Notes: generated from the letters alone by a model not told the origin. DNA of 64,000 nt from an uncultured delta proteobacterium (GCA_963822965.1 CAWGJT010000005.1:384001-448000); one strand, 5' to 3'. Counted from the first letter of the stretch, positions 11,622 to 23,212 are shown. A program made the numbers and translations.

Positions 11622-12555
11622 TCATGGGATCGGGGGCTCCGGGGCCGCGCGCAGGGTGACCACGAAGCGGCTGCCGCGGCCGGCGCCCTCGCTGCTGGCG
11701 ACCACCCGGCCGCCATACCGGCGCACCAGACTGCGGACGACGAAGAGGCCGAGGCCGAGCCCCGAGACCTGACGCTGGACGTCCCGGCCCGCCCGATAGA
11801 AGCGCTGGAAGATCTTCCGCAGCTCGCCCGGGGGAATGCCGATGCCCTGGTCCGAGATGGCCACCTCCACCCGGCCCTCTCGCACCTCCCGCACCGTGAC
11901 GCGCACCCGCACCGGGTCCTCCGAGTACTTCACGGCGTTCTCGAGCAGGTTCGCGAAGACCAGCGCGAGCTCGCTCGCCGTCTCCGCGCACCGGCTCTCG
12001 CCGCGCGCCTCGAGGCTCACGGCCTCGGGGGGCAGCCGATGGCGCTCGACGACCCCGGCGATGCAGTCCCGGATCACGGCGACGAGCTCCACGCGCTCGC
12101 TGCGCGTGCCGCGCCGGGCTTCTTCGGCCCGGGCCGCGGCGAGCACCTGGCCGACGGTCGCGTCGAGGCGGTCGAGGTCCTACGCGCATGCGGTCCAGGA
12201 ACTCGGCGCGGCGTTCGGGCTCCGGATCGTGCCGGCGCAGGGTGTCCAGATAGAGACGGAAGGACGCCAGGGGCGTCTTCATCTCGTGGGTCACGGCGTC
12301 GAGGAAGGCGCGCTGGCGCTGGTTGAGCCGCATCTCGCGGACGAGCCAGGCGCAAATCCAGACGAGCCCGATCATCACCAGCAGGAAGAACAGGCTGCCG
12401 AGGATGAGCAGCAGCCAGTCCGTCGGACGCAGGCCGCGCAGCGCGTCCGGACGGCCGGTCCACAGCAGCACCTGCCACCCCACCGCCAGGGTCACGAGCA
12501 GCAGCATCAGCACGATGCCGATCGTGAGCGGCGTGAGCGTCGAGCGCCGGAACAT
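11622..12555 (-). CDS. Membrane sensor histidine kinase (frameshifted)
   Basis: Two TM helices, H-box VTHEMKTPL, NLLENAVKYS, DQGIGI, GLGLGL. Confidence 0.92.
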
Positions 12556-12607
12556 GGATCCCCCCGCTGGACCAGAACGCCCTCCCCCGCGGCTCGGGAG
12601 GGGATCG

Positions 12608-12776
12608 CTAGAGGCCCGGCCGGAAAGTGTACCGCGGCACCGAGAGTGTCTTCCGCGGCGTCCTGGCAAGGCGCGCGACCGAGGCGTAACCGAAGCTACG
12701 GGGACGGGAGCGGAACGCAGCCAGGGCGTCGTGGGGGCGCTCGAATGCAGGTCGCACTTTTCGGCCGGGCCTCTAG
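12608..12776. mobile_element. MITE-like element family A, copy 1 (169 bp including flanking CTAG)
   Basis: Terminal inverted repeats CTAGAGGCCCGGCCG..CGGCCGGGCCTCTAG; same-length inverted copy at 56719-56887. Confidence 0.85.
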
Positions 12777-12805
12777 TATAGATCGCCACCCCGCCCGGAG
12801 AAGCC

Positions 12806-14277
12806 TTGTCCATCTCTCGCCGCCCTCGTCGCACGCACTGGCTCGGGGCTCTTGCCTTCTTCGTCCTCGCGCTCCCGGTGCCCGTGGCCCGCGCGGGACC
12901 GCCGCCCCCGGGCGAGTGTCCGTCGGTCTCGGGCGTGCCGCTGCTGGAAGAAGGCAAGGGGCTGGTGGACGCGCCGCCCGTCCTGCTCCGGGAAGGCACG
13001 ATGGTGGACGCCGAGAGGCTCCTGATGCTGCGCCGCCTGCTGCCGGCGGTCATCTGGCAGCATCGCGAGGCCTTCTTCTACGACGGCATGCGCATGGAGA
13101 TCGGCGGCTGCTACGCGGCCTATCCCGCCTTCGGGCCCTACAAGGCCGCGACGCAGCGCTTCCGCGGCCAGGCGAAGCTCGACGACGAGGGCAACCTCCT
13201 GGACTACACGGCGGGACTGCCGTTTCCCGCCCGACGACATCGACCCGGAGGCCGGGCGAGGCCGCCGCTCGCTGGGCGTGGAACCTCGAGGAGCGCTGGC
13301 GCGGCGCCGGCTACCGCGGGAAGGTTCCGGATCACCGAGATCCCGGCGCGCGTCGGCGGCATCCTCACCTTCGATGGCCGCTTCTTCTTCCTGCAGATCG
13401 GCCACCGCAGCCGATCTGGCGGAAGACGGCTACCGGCTGCCCGAGCAGAAGGACCTGGTGTGGGCGGCCGGCGGCGAGTTCGAGAGCCCCTTCGACGCGC
13501 GCGGACTGGCGTGGCGGCAGTTCCGCTCCCGCGAATCCGAGCGAGAAGCACGACGAGTCCGGACGACATCTTCGTCTACGTCCCCACCATGCGGAAGCAG
13601 CGACGCGCCGCGACGAACTGGGTGGACGGCCTCTACGTGCCCACCTACACCTCGGGCAACGAGGGCGCGGGCGGCGGCCTGGTCTACGGCGACGGCGCCA
13701 GCATCGCGCCCACGGCGGGACTGTCCATCGCCGCCAGCGAGGACATGGGACGCGGCCTGACGGGTTCAGCCTGCGACCCAACGAGTACGTGTGGCGGTAC
13801 CTGGGCGAGCAGGCGGTGATCGCGCCGCTCAACGCGTCGCGGCCCGGCTATCCCGTGGACGACAAGCGCAACTTCGGATTCAGCGGCCTCTCGTTCGCGA
13901 GCGATCGCTGGGACGTGCGCTGGGCGGTGATCATCGAGGGCGCCCGGCGCACCTCGGGCGGCGACATCCGCACCCTGGAGGTCTGGATCGACTACCAGAC
14001 CCAGCAGCCGCTCTACTGGATCACGCGCACCGGCAAGCGCCGACTGCTGGACATCGGCATCCTGGTGCACCGCTTCACCGGCGACGTCCTGGGCGCGCCC
14101 GAGTGGCCGGGCGGAATTCCGGCGAACGTCTTCGAGCCCGTCGGGGCCGCGTTCTACAGCGCCATCTCCGGGGGCGGCGGCTGGCGGCGCGAGTCCTACG
14201 ACCTGCGCTCGGGCCCGGTGGACGAAGGCGAGCGCCGCACCATGACCTCCGCCGACGCCCTCGGCAAGGGCCGCTGA
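12806..14277 (+). CDS. DUF1329-family periplasmic protein (several frameshifts)
   Basis: Signal peptide, YTAGLPFP, PDDIFVYVPTMRKQRR, WIDYQT motifs typical of DUF1329; adjacent to a DUF1302 gene. Confidence 0.75.
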
Positions 14278-14308
14278 GCTTCAGCCCGCTGCGCCTCGGC
14301 CGCTTGGC

Positions 14309-17300
14309 TCAGAACGAGTAGCGCAGCCGAGGTACGCCTCGTCCCGGTTGCGCACGACGGAGATGCCGTTCTGCGCGCCGCTCTGGTAGGCCCAATCGCC
14401 CTGCTCGTTGCTGGGCGGGCCGATGCCGTTCGTGGCGATGTCCGCCCGCTGCTCGCGGCCGTAGAAGAACGCCAGGCCCACCGTCGCCGAGAAGTTCTCC
14501 GTGAAGCGGTAGTTGATCGAGGGCAGCAGGCCGCCCGAGCCGGACTGGATGTCGTGGATGAACGTGATGCTCGGATTCAGGCGGTCCTGGAAGTAGCCCG
14601 TGAAGACCGTGAGCGTCGCCAGGGCGTTGAAGGGACCGTTGCCCCCGAAGCCCTTCTTCACGCCCCGCCGATACTGGAAGAACCACTGGGAGTTGATGAA
14701 GAGGGTGCGATTCGGGTTGATGAAGTTCACGAAGGTGGGACGGTCGATGGAGACCGTGAGGTTGAACTCGTCGGTGTTCTTCGTGTTGTCGAACTGATCC
14801 GCGTCCCCGGTCGGCACGTTCTCGATCCAGGTGGTCTCGATGCTGAAGTTCGACTTGCTGCGGTCCTCCGCGAAGTCCATGGCGAAGCCCAGCACGTTGC
14901 GCTTGGGGGCGTAGAGCGTGACCTCGCCGCCCGAGTGCCACTGCATGGTGCGGCGACCGTAGGCGCCGTTGCCGCCCGCCGCGAGCGTGTTTCGCTTCAA
15001 GCCCGCCAGGAAGTACAGGTTGCGAACGGTGCTGCAGTACTGCGGCGTGATGAAGCTGCAGTGCTGGTTGCGGATGATGTTGAAGCGGCCGGTGTTCGGG
15101 AGATTGCCCGGGAAGTTCGGGGGAGGGGCCGTCGTACTGATTGCTGAGGTCGGTCGGGTCCTCCGGCACCACCAGGGGGACGTTCGGGAACTGCAGGGTG
15201 TCCTGGAACTGCTGGGTCGCCACCGGGTCGAGCGGGTTGATGCCGTTGGCCGCGTAGAGCTGGCTGAGCGCGGTGAGCTGGTTGACGTTGCCGTCGATGC
15301 GGCAGGTGCCGAGACCGGTCTGCGGGTTGATCACGCCGTAGTCCGAGCCGCAGTAGCCGAAGAGCATCTGCGCGACGATCCGGCGGTTGGCGGCCTGGCT
15401 GGCCGCGCTGGCGGGATTCGCCGTGGGAATGGAGCCGCCCTCGAGGGTGGCGCCGCAGCGAGTGCGCAGGTTCGCGTTGCTGCTCAGGGGATCGCAGCCG
15501 GGGCGGTTCGGATCCGCCAGATCGCCGACGGTCTCGAGCGCGGCCTGGAACTCGGTGGAGAACGCCACCGCGATCATCTGGAAGTTCCACGAGAGGCCGG
15601 CGAGCTCGCTCGCGAAGGGCACGATCAGCTGCGGGTTGCCCGGACCGTTGGCCGGGTTCGCGAACGTCACCGCCCGCTGGCTCGCGAAGGGGTGGCCGGG
15701 GCCGATGGCGGGCCGGTCGGCGAAGAGCGGGTGCTGGTTGGGCAGGACGGGGAACGAGAACGTGAAGACGGAGTCGGGGAACTGCAGCCGCCGCGCCGCC
15801 GCCTGCTCGACCACGCCGAGGGGGTCGGGATTGCCGCTGTAGTAGAAGTAGTCGATCAGGACGGCGTTGGTGGAGGGGTTGCGCGCCTCGAGGGGCAGCC
15901 CCGTGGCGGGGTCGGGGATCAGGTTGCCGTTGCCGTCCTGCAGGAAGACGGGCTGGCCCCAGGCCAGGTTCAGGTAGCCGTTCTGCTTGTCCACCCACTT
16001 GCGATGGCAGCCCGGCAGCGCCTCCTTTCGGCTGGGCGGGCGGGCGACGGGGCCGTTGGCGCCCGGCACCTGGATCGTGTCCTGGCCGCGGGGATAGTAG
16101 TTGCCGCCGATGTCGGCCGCGGAGCAGAGCGGACCGCCGATTCCCGCGACCTCCCAGGGCAGCGTTCCCGGCTGGAGTCCCTCGTCGGTGCGGTACTCCG
16201 TCGGGGCGCGGAAGGGCAGGGGCTGACCCGTTCGGGGATCGATCTTGGCGGTGCCCGGGGGCCGGACGCCCTCCTGCTTGAGGCGAACCGCGGTTTCGGT
16301 GCCGGCTGCGCCCGCGAAGGTCTGCAGCACGGTACTCGGCTCCATGTTGAGCAGGTCGATGCCCGACTGGTCGCAGTTGGTCCCCCAGAACGGACCGCAG
16401 CCAAGCAGCGCCTCCTGCTCGGGAGACAGGGTGTCTGCCAGGACCGTGATCGGATCGGCGCGGCCACCGCAGGCGACCTGCCCGCCCTGGGACTGGGGGA
16501 CGTCGATCGTCTGGAAATCCTGGCAGCCCAGGGACTCCTGGTCGCCCGGATCGGCGGAGAGCAGCACGATGGGCAGCTCGTAGGGGAGGAACTTGCTCCC
16601 CTTGTTGCCCGGTCCGTCGCAGAACGGCGCTTGCGGGGTCTTGCAGGTGGTGTCGCTGTCCTGGGCGAGCGCGGAGTTGAGGAGCGGATCGCCGGCCAGG
16701 AGCTTGCCGATCGCCTCGGCCACCAGGATGCCGCTCGACGCCTCCTCGGTGCTGCCGAAGACGGTCTGGGCGCAGGCCGTCTTGTCGAGATCGAGGAAGC
16801 CGATGGTCGCCGAGCACAGCCAGGTGAAGATGGTGAGGTTGGCGGAGTGGGCGTCCAGGGCGTTCGTCGGCTGATAGGGGCACGTCGAGGGGACCGTGTC
16901 GCCCTGGCCGTCGCCGTTCGTGTCCACGAGCTGGCAGTCAGGGTCGTTGGGATCGAAGCCGAGGGCCCGGTCCGCGTCGCCGTTGCGGGGGAAGAAGCCC
17001 GCCAGCGCGTCCAGCGGACGGGGATCGTCGAAGAGCTGCGTCGGTCCGGCCGTCAGGCAGGTCGGCCCCGGGTCGAGGCTGCCGGACTCGTTGTTGTCCG
17101 CCACCGGCCGCGGGAAGTAGCGGATCTTGTTGGCGTTCGGGCCGGAGTTCGTGCGGGTGGTGCCGCAGTTGACGCGCGACGTGCGTGCCACGAAGTACTC
17201 CGGATCGCGGGCGAACGGCAGCGTGCCGGCGTTCACGCCACCCGGGTTCTCCTGCTGCTTGACGATCAGCGCCTGCAGGTCACCGAACGGATCTTCCCAG

Positions 17301-19453
17301 GGATCGTCGCCATTGCCGATGCCCTGCCACAGGGAGGTGACCATGTCCGGCTGGGTGGAGATGTCCTGGGCGTAGCTCTTGGCGAGGTTCAGGCGGCGGA
17401 TCGCCGGGTCGACGCCCCCCTGGTAGATCAGGGGCCGGCCAGTCTGGGTATCGACGTTGCGCTCGTAGGTGGTGACCCGGCGCACGGACGGCAGGTCCGC
17501 GTAGCCCCAGAAGTCCGAGAGCGCGAAGCTGAAGCGCTCCCAGCGCCACTCGAGGCGGCCGCCGACCTCCCAGCCCTTGAGCGACTGCCACGGGTTGGGG
17601 GTCTTCTCGACGCCGACGATGCCGACCCCGGTGAAGCCGTGGGCGAACGCGCCGAAGGCGGCCTGGCACACCAGGTCCACCGCGTAGGGCTCGCCGCAGG
17701 AGCCGAAGTCGCTGGACTGGTAGTCGTCGATGTTGGCGGCCAGCTCGAGGCGCACGTCGACGAAGGGGCCGACCTCGTAGAAGGACCACACGCCCCGGGC
17801 CGACCAGAGCGCGATGCGCGACTCCTCGAGGCTCGGCAGGGTGGCGAGCGCCAGGTCCTGGGGGTTGAACTGATCCGTGGTGCGGAAGAGCTCCGTCTTG
17901 CCCCAGACGATCTGCTGCTTGCCGATGCGCATCCAGAGCTGGCTGTCGAACATCTCGATGTCGAAGTAGGCCTCCTTCAGCTCCTTCTCGTCCTCCTGGG
18001 CGAGGCCGCGGTTCCACGCGCGCCGCGACTCCGAGAGGTTGAGGGGCCAGCTGGGCGCCAGGTCGCCCTTCTGGATCAGCTGGCGCAGGGGCGGGCTCGG
18101 CACGAAGAGGCCGCGCGCCTGGGTGTTCGCGTTCATGGTGACGATCTGGCCGTTCACGAACTCCAGGCGCGGGGCGATGCTCTGCCCCGGGATGATCTGC
18201 GGCGGCTGGGTGCTGAGGTTCGAGAGATTGACGTCCGAGCTCTGGACGACGCGGAAGTTCGGGTTGGGCAGGGGCTGCGCGTTGGAGCCCGTGGTCATTC
18301 GCGTCAGGTCGCGGACGTCGTAGGCCCGGCGGACCGACGAGTTGGGGTCGTTCGGATCGTCGCCCGGGAAGACGACGTTCACCGTGGTGTAGAGCTCGCG
18401 CTGTCCGCTTGCCGTGAAGCGCTCGTCGCCGTGGTTGTAGCGGGGGTCGATCTTGAGGATGCGATACGTCGAGGGATCGTTGGGATTCGCCTCGGCGGCG
18501 ACTGCGTCGTTCTCGTAGACCACCACCGTGATCTTCTCGGGTCCGTGCCGGGAGTAGTCCTCGGCGTAGACCGGAATCGGCCGGAAGGGACGCGCGCCGC
18601 CGCCCTCGAGACGATTGCTCGCGCAGCCTCCCGGATCGGCGTTGTTCAGGCGGCAGTTCAGCACCGGGTTGAGCCGGCTGTTGTCGAACGGGTTCGTCCG
18701 ATCGGCCAGCACCGCGTTGGTGGAGACCGTGTTCTCGGGCCGCCACGGACCGAGAATCGCGATGGGATTGCCCGAGCTGGAGCCGCCCTTGAAGTTCACC
18801 ATCGTGAAGCGGAAATCGCTGAATCGCTCGAACACGTAGTCGAAGGGCTTGGTTCCGTCCTGGCCGTCGGGAAAGCAGTTGAGCCCCGGACGACTCTGGT
18901 TCGGATCCCCGGGCACGCAGGGCACCACCGAGCCGGTGATGAACTGTCCCTTCGTATCCGCGACGCCGGAGAAGCCCGGCACCTCCGAGAGCGGGACCGG
19001 ATCGGTCGTGGCGCCCGAGGCGCGCCCCTCGTTGCGGATCGGGATGTCGCCAGAGCTCGTCTGGACGGTGGCGTTCTGGAGCCGGCGCGGCAGGCTCTTC
19101 GACTGGTCGCCGAAGGTGTTCATGCCGCGGAACATCCCGCAGCCGTTGGAGTAGATGCAGTCGTAACGCACCTCGGCCCGGACGTAGGCCGAGAGCAGGT
19201 CGACCATGCCGACACGATCCTGGAGCAGGTCGAACTCGAGCTCGAGGTTGAAGACCTGGTACCACTGGGTGACGTCCCACTGCTCGGCGAAGTCGGCGTT
19301 GATGGCGCGGAACTGGCTCTCGTAGAAGCCGTGGGCCTGCAGCCGGCCGTCGAAGGCCTCGAAGGCCTGGACGGGGGCGGCGGCGAGCAGGAGGGCAACG
19401 ACCAGCCCCCACACCCCCCGCCAAGCCGGTCCCGCTGCAACCATCCTGCGCAT
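14309..19453 (-). CDS. Giant DUF1302-like outer-membrane protein, paralog 1 (~1715 aa; two frameshifts near the 3' end)
   Basis: Signal peptide; ELKEAYFD, RIGKQQIVWGKTELFRTTDQFNP, beta-barrel C-terminus ending ..RYSF. Confidence 0.8.
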   Translation of the reverse strand: MRRMVAAGPAWRGVWGLVVALLLAAAPVQAFEAFDGRLQAHGFYESQFRAINADFAEQWDVTQWYQVFNLELEFDLLQDRVGMVDLLSAYVRAEVRYDCIYSNGCGMFRGMNTFGDQSKSLPRRLQNATVQTSSGDIPIRNEGRASGATTDPVPLSEVPGFSGVADTKGQFITGSVVPCVPGDPNQSRPGLNCFPDGQDGTKPFDYVFERFSDFRFTMVNFKGGSSSGNPIAILGPWRPENTVSTNAVLADRTNPFDNSRLNPVLNCRLNNADPGGCASNRLEGGGARPFRPIPVYAEDYSRHGPEKITVVVYENDAVAAEANPNDPSTYRILKIDPRYNHGDERFTASGQRELYTTVNVVFPGDDPNDPNSSVRRAYDVRDLTRMTTGSNAQPLPNPNFRVVQSSDVNLSNLSTQPPQIIPGQSIAPRLEFVNGQIVTMNANTQARGLFVPSPPLRQLIQKGDLAPSWPLNLSESRRAWNRGLAQEDEKELKEAYFDIEMFDSQLWMRIGKQQIVWGKTELFRTTDQFNPQDLALATLPSLEESRIALWSARGVWSFYEVGPFVDVRLELAANIDDYQSSDFGSCGEPYAVDLVCQAAFGAFAHGFTGVGIVGVEKTPNPWQSLKGWEVGGRLEWRWERFSFALSDFWGYADLPSVRRVTTYERNVDTQTGRPLIYQGGVDPAIRRLNLAKSYAQDISTQPDMVTSLWQGIGNGDDPWEDPFGDLQALIVKQQENPGGVNAGTLPFARDPEYFVARTSRVNCGTTRTNSGPNANKIRYFPRPVADNNESGSLDPGPTCLTAGPTQLFDDPRPLDALAGFFPRNGDADRALGFDPNDPDCQLVDTNGDGQGDTVPSTCPYQPTNALDAHSANLTIFTWLCSATIGFLDLDKTACAQTVFGSTEEASSGILVAEAIGKLLAGDPLLNSALAQDSDTTCKTPQAPFCDGPGNKGSKFLPYELPIVLLSADPGDQESLGCQDFQTIDVPQSQGGQVACGGRADPITVLADTLSPEQEALLGCGPFWGTNCDQSGIDLLNMEPSTVLQTFAGAAGTETAVRLKQEGVRPPGTAKIDPRTGQPLPFRAPTEYRTDEGLQPGTLPWEVAGIGGPLCSAADIGGNYYPRGQDTIQVPGANGPVARPPSRKEALPGCHRKWVDKQNGYLNLAWGQPVFLQDGNGNLIPDPATGLPLEARNPSTNAVLIDYFYYSGNPDPLGVVEQAAARRLQFPDSVFTFSFPVLPNQHPLFADRPAIGPGHPFASQRAVTFANPANGPGNPQLIVPFASELAGLSWNFQMIAVAFSTEFQAALETVGDLADPNRPGCDPLSSNANLRTRCGATLEGGSIPTANPASAASQAANRRIVAQMLFGYCGSDYGVINPQTGLGTCRIDGNVNQLTALSQLYAANGINPLDPVATQQFQDTLQFPNVPLVVPEDPTDLSNQYDGPSPELPGQSPEHRPLQHHPQPALQLHHAAVLQHRSQPVLPGGLEAKHARGGRQRRLRSPHHAVALGRRGHALRPQAQRAGLRHGLRGGPQQVELQHRDHLDRERADRGRGSVRQHEEHRRVQPHGLHRPSHLRELHQPESHPLHQLPVVLPVSAGREEGLRGQRSLQRPGDAHGLHGLLPGPPESEHHVHPRHPVRLGRPAALDQLPLHGELLGDGGPGVLLRPRAAGGHRHERHRPAQQRAGRLGLPERRAERHLRRAQPGRGVPRLRYSF

Positions 19454-19754
19454 ATGCCCTCCGAAATCCGTCCTGGTGCCGCCCGCCGATCCCGAACGAA
19501 CAGAGCCCCAGGCTCGCCCGGGACCGACCCGGAAGCGCGGACTACCTCGGAAGCGCCTTGCGGCACTGGCACTTATACCCTGCAGGCCGCTAAAGAAACA
19601 AGGAAATTCGGGGCTCCGGCCGGGGCCTTCGGGGCGCCGCGGGGGCCCTCCGAGCGAGTCGGAGGCGACCGGATTCGACACGTGGTGAAATCAACACCCA
19701 CCGCCCGACGGGCTCGTCGGGCGGCCCCCGCAGGAGCGACAGGAGGTTCCATCC

Positions 19755-20537
19755 GTGAGCGACGCCCAACCCATCACCGGCTGCCGGCCGGACGACGTTG
19801 CCGGCCACGTGTTCGTGTGCGGCGACCCCGCCCGGGTCGAGCGCCTGTCGGCGTCGTGGAGCGCCCGGCGCGAGGTGTGCAACGTGCGCGAGTACCGCAT
19901 CGTGACCGGCACCCTGGACGGACTCCCGGTCAGCGCGGCCTCCACGGGGATCGGTGCGCCGAGCACGGCGGTGCTCCTCGAGGAGCTGGCGAAGCTCGGC
20001 GCTCACACCTTCCTGCGCGTGGGCAACAGCGGCGGCCTGGCCCCGCAGCTCGCCCTCGGCGACCTGGTGGTCACCACCGGGGCCGTCCGCGACGACGGCA
20101 CCTCGCACAGCTACGTGATTCCCGGCTATCCCGCGGTAGCCCATCACGAGATCGTCACCGCCCTCGTCGAGGCCGGCCGCGAGGTCGGGGCCTCGCTCCA
20201 CACGGGGATCACCTGGTCGCTGGACGCCTTCTACGCCCGCAACGCCGTGCTCGACGCCGCCGGCGCGATGAGCTCGATGAGCGTGGGCGGCTACTGGCCG
20301 AGCCACTTCGAGACGCGCATTCGCGACATGCAGGCCGCGGGCGTCCTCAACTGCGAGATGGAGGCGGGCGTGATCCTGACCCTGGCCGGGCTCTTCGGCC
20401 TGCGCGCAGGCTGCATCTGCGTCGTCTCGGACCGCACGCCCTGGCCCGGCCCCTCGACGATCGACCTGGACCGGAACATGGCCACCTGCATCGACGTCGC
20501 CAGCCGCGCCATGCTGGCGCTCGCACGGCGCGGGTGA
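19755..20537 (+). CDS. Uridine/nucleoside phosphorylase (PNP_UDP_1)
   Basis: CGDPARV, STGIGAPS, EEL..LG..FLRVG, VRDDGTS, NCEMEA. Confidence 0.88.
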   Translation: MSDAQPITGCRPDDVAGHVFVCGDPARVERLSASWSARREVCNVREYRIVTGTLDGLPVSAASTGIGAPSTAVLLEELAKLGAHTFLRVGNSGGLAPQLALGDLVVTTGAVRDDGTSHSYVIPGYPAVAHHEIVTALVEAGREVGASLHTGITWSLDAFYARNAVLDAAGAMSSMSVGGYWPSHFETRIRDMQAAGVLNCEMEAGVILTLAGLFGLRAGCICVVSDRTPWPGPSTIDLDRNMATCIDVASRAMLALARRG

Positions 20538-20555
20538 GCCGTCTCCGGGCCGCGT

Positions 20556-21827
20556 TCAGTCCGCGGGCACCAGGCTCACGGGCACGGGCATGACGTTCCA
20601 GGTGAAGACCCCGCCTCCGCCCTTGCGCTTGTAGATCAGCTCGCGGACCAGGCGCTTGCCGTCCCAGACGTAGCGCCGCACCTCGTTGTGCTTGTCGCTG
20701 GCCACGTACAGCTCGTCGCGGCCGTCGCCGTCGAGGTCCGCCAGGATCGCGGCGTGCTCGAAGCCGCCGGAGTCGCGGTCGATGGACGTGACCTTCCACT
20801 TCGCACCCGGCGCGCCGGGCTGCAGCAGCCACAGGCCGCTCTGGAAGGCCGCCGCCACCAGCTCCTTCTTGCCGTCGCCGTCCACGTCGCCGGCCGTCAG
20901 GAAGCGGCAGAGCCGGTCGCGGATCTCGGCGATCAGCACGCCTTCCTTGGGGTCCGTGTCCGCGTCGTAGCGGCGGATCTCGACGCCGTGCTCGATGGTG
21001 CCCGTGGCCGGATCGATCTTGCCCTCGACCGCCACGTAGAGCTCGTCGCGGCCGTCGCCGTCCACGTCGTCCACGAGGATCTCCTTGGCGTGGCGGTCGC
21101 CGAGGTCGGCCACCACCACGCGCCCCTCCCCGGTCTTCGGCACGTAGCGGACCACCGCGCCGGATTGGGGCGAGCCGTCGAGACGGTTCGGCTCGCTCGG
21201 CGTCGCGTACACCTCGAGCACCCCGTCTCCGTTCAGGTCGCCGATCTCGATCTCGTGGACGAAGGTGTCCTTCTGGTGGTCGATCTCCGTCACCTCGAAG
21301 CCGCCGGCACCGTCGGGGTGCACGGTGGCGACGACGCCCTGGTCGTGGGTGGCCACCGCCATGGAGGCCTGGCCGTCGCCGAAGAGATCGGCCACCTCGA
21401 CGTCGCGCATGCGGCTGAACTTTCCGCCGAAGTCCTTCTTCCACAGGGTCTCCGCCTGGAGCTTGCCCGAGGCGTCCCGGGTCCAGAGCTTGAGGATCGC
21501 CGCGGTGCCTCCGGCCGTGAGGAGCTTCGGCGGCTGCCCCGGCGCGCGGTACGCCATGGCCTTGTGGAAGACGTTGCTCTCGGGGTCGCTCATCGTGTGC
21601 AGCTGCCAGGAGCCGTCGTCCTGCTGCACCAGGAACTCGAGGCCGGCGGGAAGCGGCTGGGGTGCACCGCCGGCGGCCGACTTCGGGGCGAACTGCGCGA
21701 GGGCCAGCACCAGCGCCTGCTTCTCGCCTCCGCCGCCGCCGGAATCGCCGCTGCAGCCGACGACCCCGCTCGCCAGCACGAGCGTCGCCGCCAGCCCCAG
21801 GCTCCATCCCCCGCGAATTGCGCCCAT
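20556..21827 (-). CDS. FG-GAP/VCBS-repeat lipoprotein
   Basis: Lipobox VVGC; repeated D-x-D/N-G-D-G-x-x-E motifs (about 5). Confidence 0.8.
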   Translation of the reverse strand: MGAIRGGWSLGLAATLVLASGVVGCSGDSGGGGGEKQALVLALAQFAPKSAAGGAPQPLPAGLEFLVQQDDGSWQLHTMSDPESNVFHKAMAYRAPGQPPKLLTAGGTAAILKLWTRDASGKLQAETLWKKDFGGKFSRMRDVEVADLFGDGQASMAVATHDQGVVATVHPDGAGGFEVTEIDHQKDTFVHEIEIGDLNGDGVLEVYATPSEPNRLDGSPQSGAVVRYVPKTGEGRVVVADLGDRHAKEILVDDVDGDGRDELYVAVEGKIDPATGTIEHGVEIRRYDADTDPKEGVLIAEIRDRLCRFLTAGDVDGDGKKELVAAAFQSGLWLLQPGAPGAKWKVTSIDRDSGGFEHAAILADLDGDGRDELYVASDKHNEVRRYVWDGKRLVRELIYKRKGGGGVFTWNVMPVPVSLVPAD

Positions 21828-21936
21828 CTTCGATGACCTCCGTGGCCCGGTGGTTTAGCCCCGATGGCCCATCGCATCCAGCTTGCAGCGCGACGGCCAC
21901 CGGCAGCCCCCCGGCAGGCGTGCCATCTTCCGCCGC

Positions 21937-23212
21937 GTGAGCAGGCCCAGCCTCCAGAACGTGCGCGGAACCCGCGACTTCTACCCCGACGAGCTGCGCC
22001 AGCGGGAATGGCTCTTCGACCACTTCCGCGAGGTGGCAGCCCGCTTCGCCTTCGAGGCCGTGGACGCCCCCATGCTCGAGCCCGCGGAGCTCTTCATCCG
22101 CAAGGCCGGCGAGGAGATCGTCGACCAGCTCTACCACTTCGAGCTCCACGGTAGACACCTCGCCCTACGGCCGCGAGTTCACGCCGTCCCTGGCCCGAAT
22201 GGTCCAGGCCCGGGTGGGCGGGCTGCGGACGCCCCTGCGCTGGTTCAGCATCCCCCAGTGCTGGCGCTACGAGCGCATGACCCGCGGGCGCAAGCGCGAG
22301 CACTACCAGTGGAACATGGACATCTGGGGCGAGCCCGGGGTGGCCGCCGAGGCCGAGCTGATCGCCGCCTGCTTCCACCTGTTCGACGCCGTGGGCCTCG
22401 AGCGGCGGGACGTGGTGATGCGGATCAACAGCCGCGCACTGATCGAGGAGGCGCTGCTGGCGGGGCCCCTGGGCGGGCGCCCCGACGCCTTCGAGCCCCT
22501 GTGCGTCATCGTCGACAAGCTCGCGAAGATCGGCGCCGACGCGGTGGTCGATCAGCTCGTGGAGCCGGGCGGGCCGGTGGGCCTCGACGCCGCGGCGGCG
22601 CGGGACGTGGTGGAGATGCTCGCGGCGCGGAGCCTCGAGGAGGCCGCGGCCCACGCGCCGGCGGGCTCGCACTCGCTGGACGACCTGAAGCGCCTCTTCG
22701 AGCTGCTCGACGCCTACGGGGTGGCCGAGAGCGTTCGCTTCGACGCCTCGGTGGTGCGGGGGCTGGCGTACTACACGGGCGTCGTGTTCGAAGCCTTCGA
22801 CACCTCCGGCGAGCTGCGCTCGATCTGCGGCGGCGGCCGCTACGACCGGCTGCTCGAGACCCTGGGCGGCCCCTCGCTGCCCGCGGCGGGGTTCGGCATG
22901 GGCGACGTGGTGCTGACCGAGCTGCTCTCGGACAAGGGGCTGCTGCCGCGCCTGCCGCCGGGGGTCGACGACGTGGTCTACGCCTTCGGCGAGGACGAGC
23001 GCCCGGCGGCCGTCCGAGCCGCCGAGCGCCTGCGCCGGGCGGGCCGCCGGGTGGAGCTCGTGCTCGGGCGGCCGCGCCTCAAGCGCGTGCTGGCCGACGC
23101 GGACAAGGTCGGTGCCGCCCGGGTCTGGCTGATCGGCCCGGACGAGGCCGCGCGCGGAGTCGCCACGGTCCGGGACCTGGCCAGCGGCGAGCAGCGGGAA
23201 GAGCCGCTCTAG
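21937..23212 (+). CDS. hisS: Histidine--tRNA ligase (one frameshift)
   Basis: VRGTRDFYP, LALRPE, WRYER..GRKREHYQ, VRGLAYYTG, GGGRYD. Confidence 0.95.

Noticed and set aside
14969..20593. Very long plus-strand ORFs (1874 aa here; also 28498-32256 and 53428-56679)
   Set aside because: Antisense or off-frame shadows of real genes, caused by high-GC codon bias; no coherent domains.
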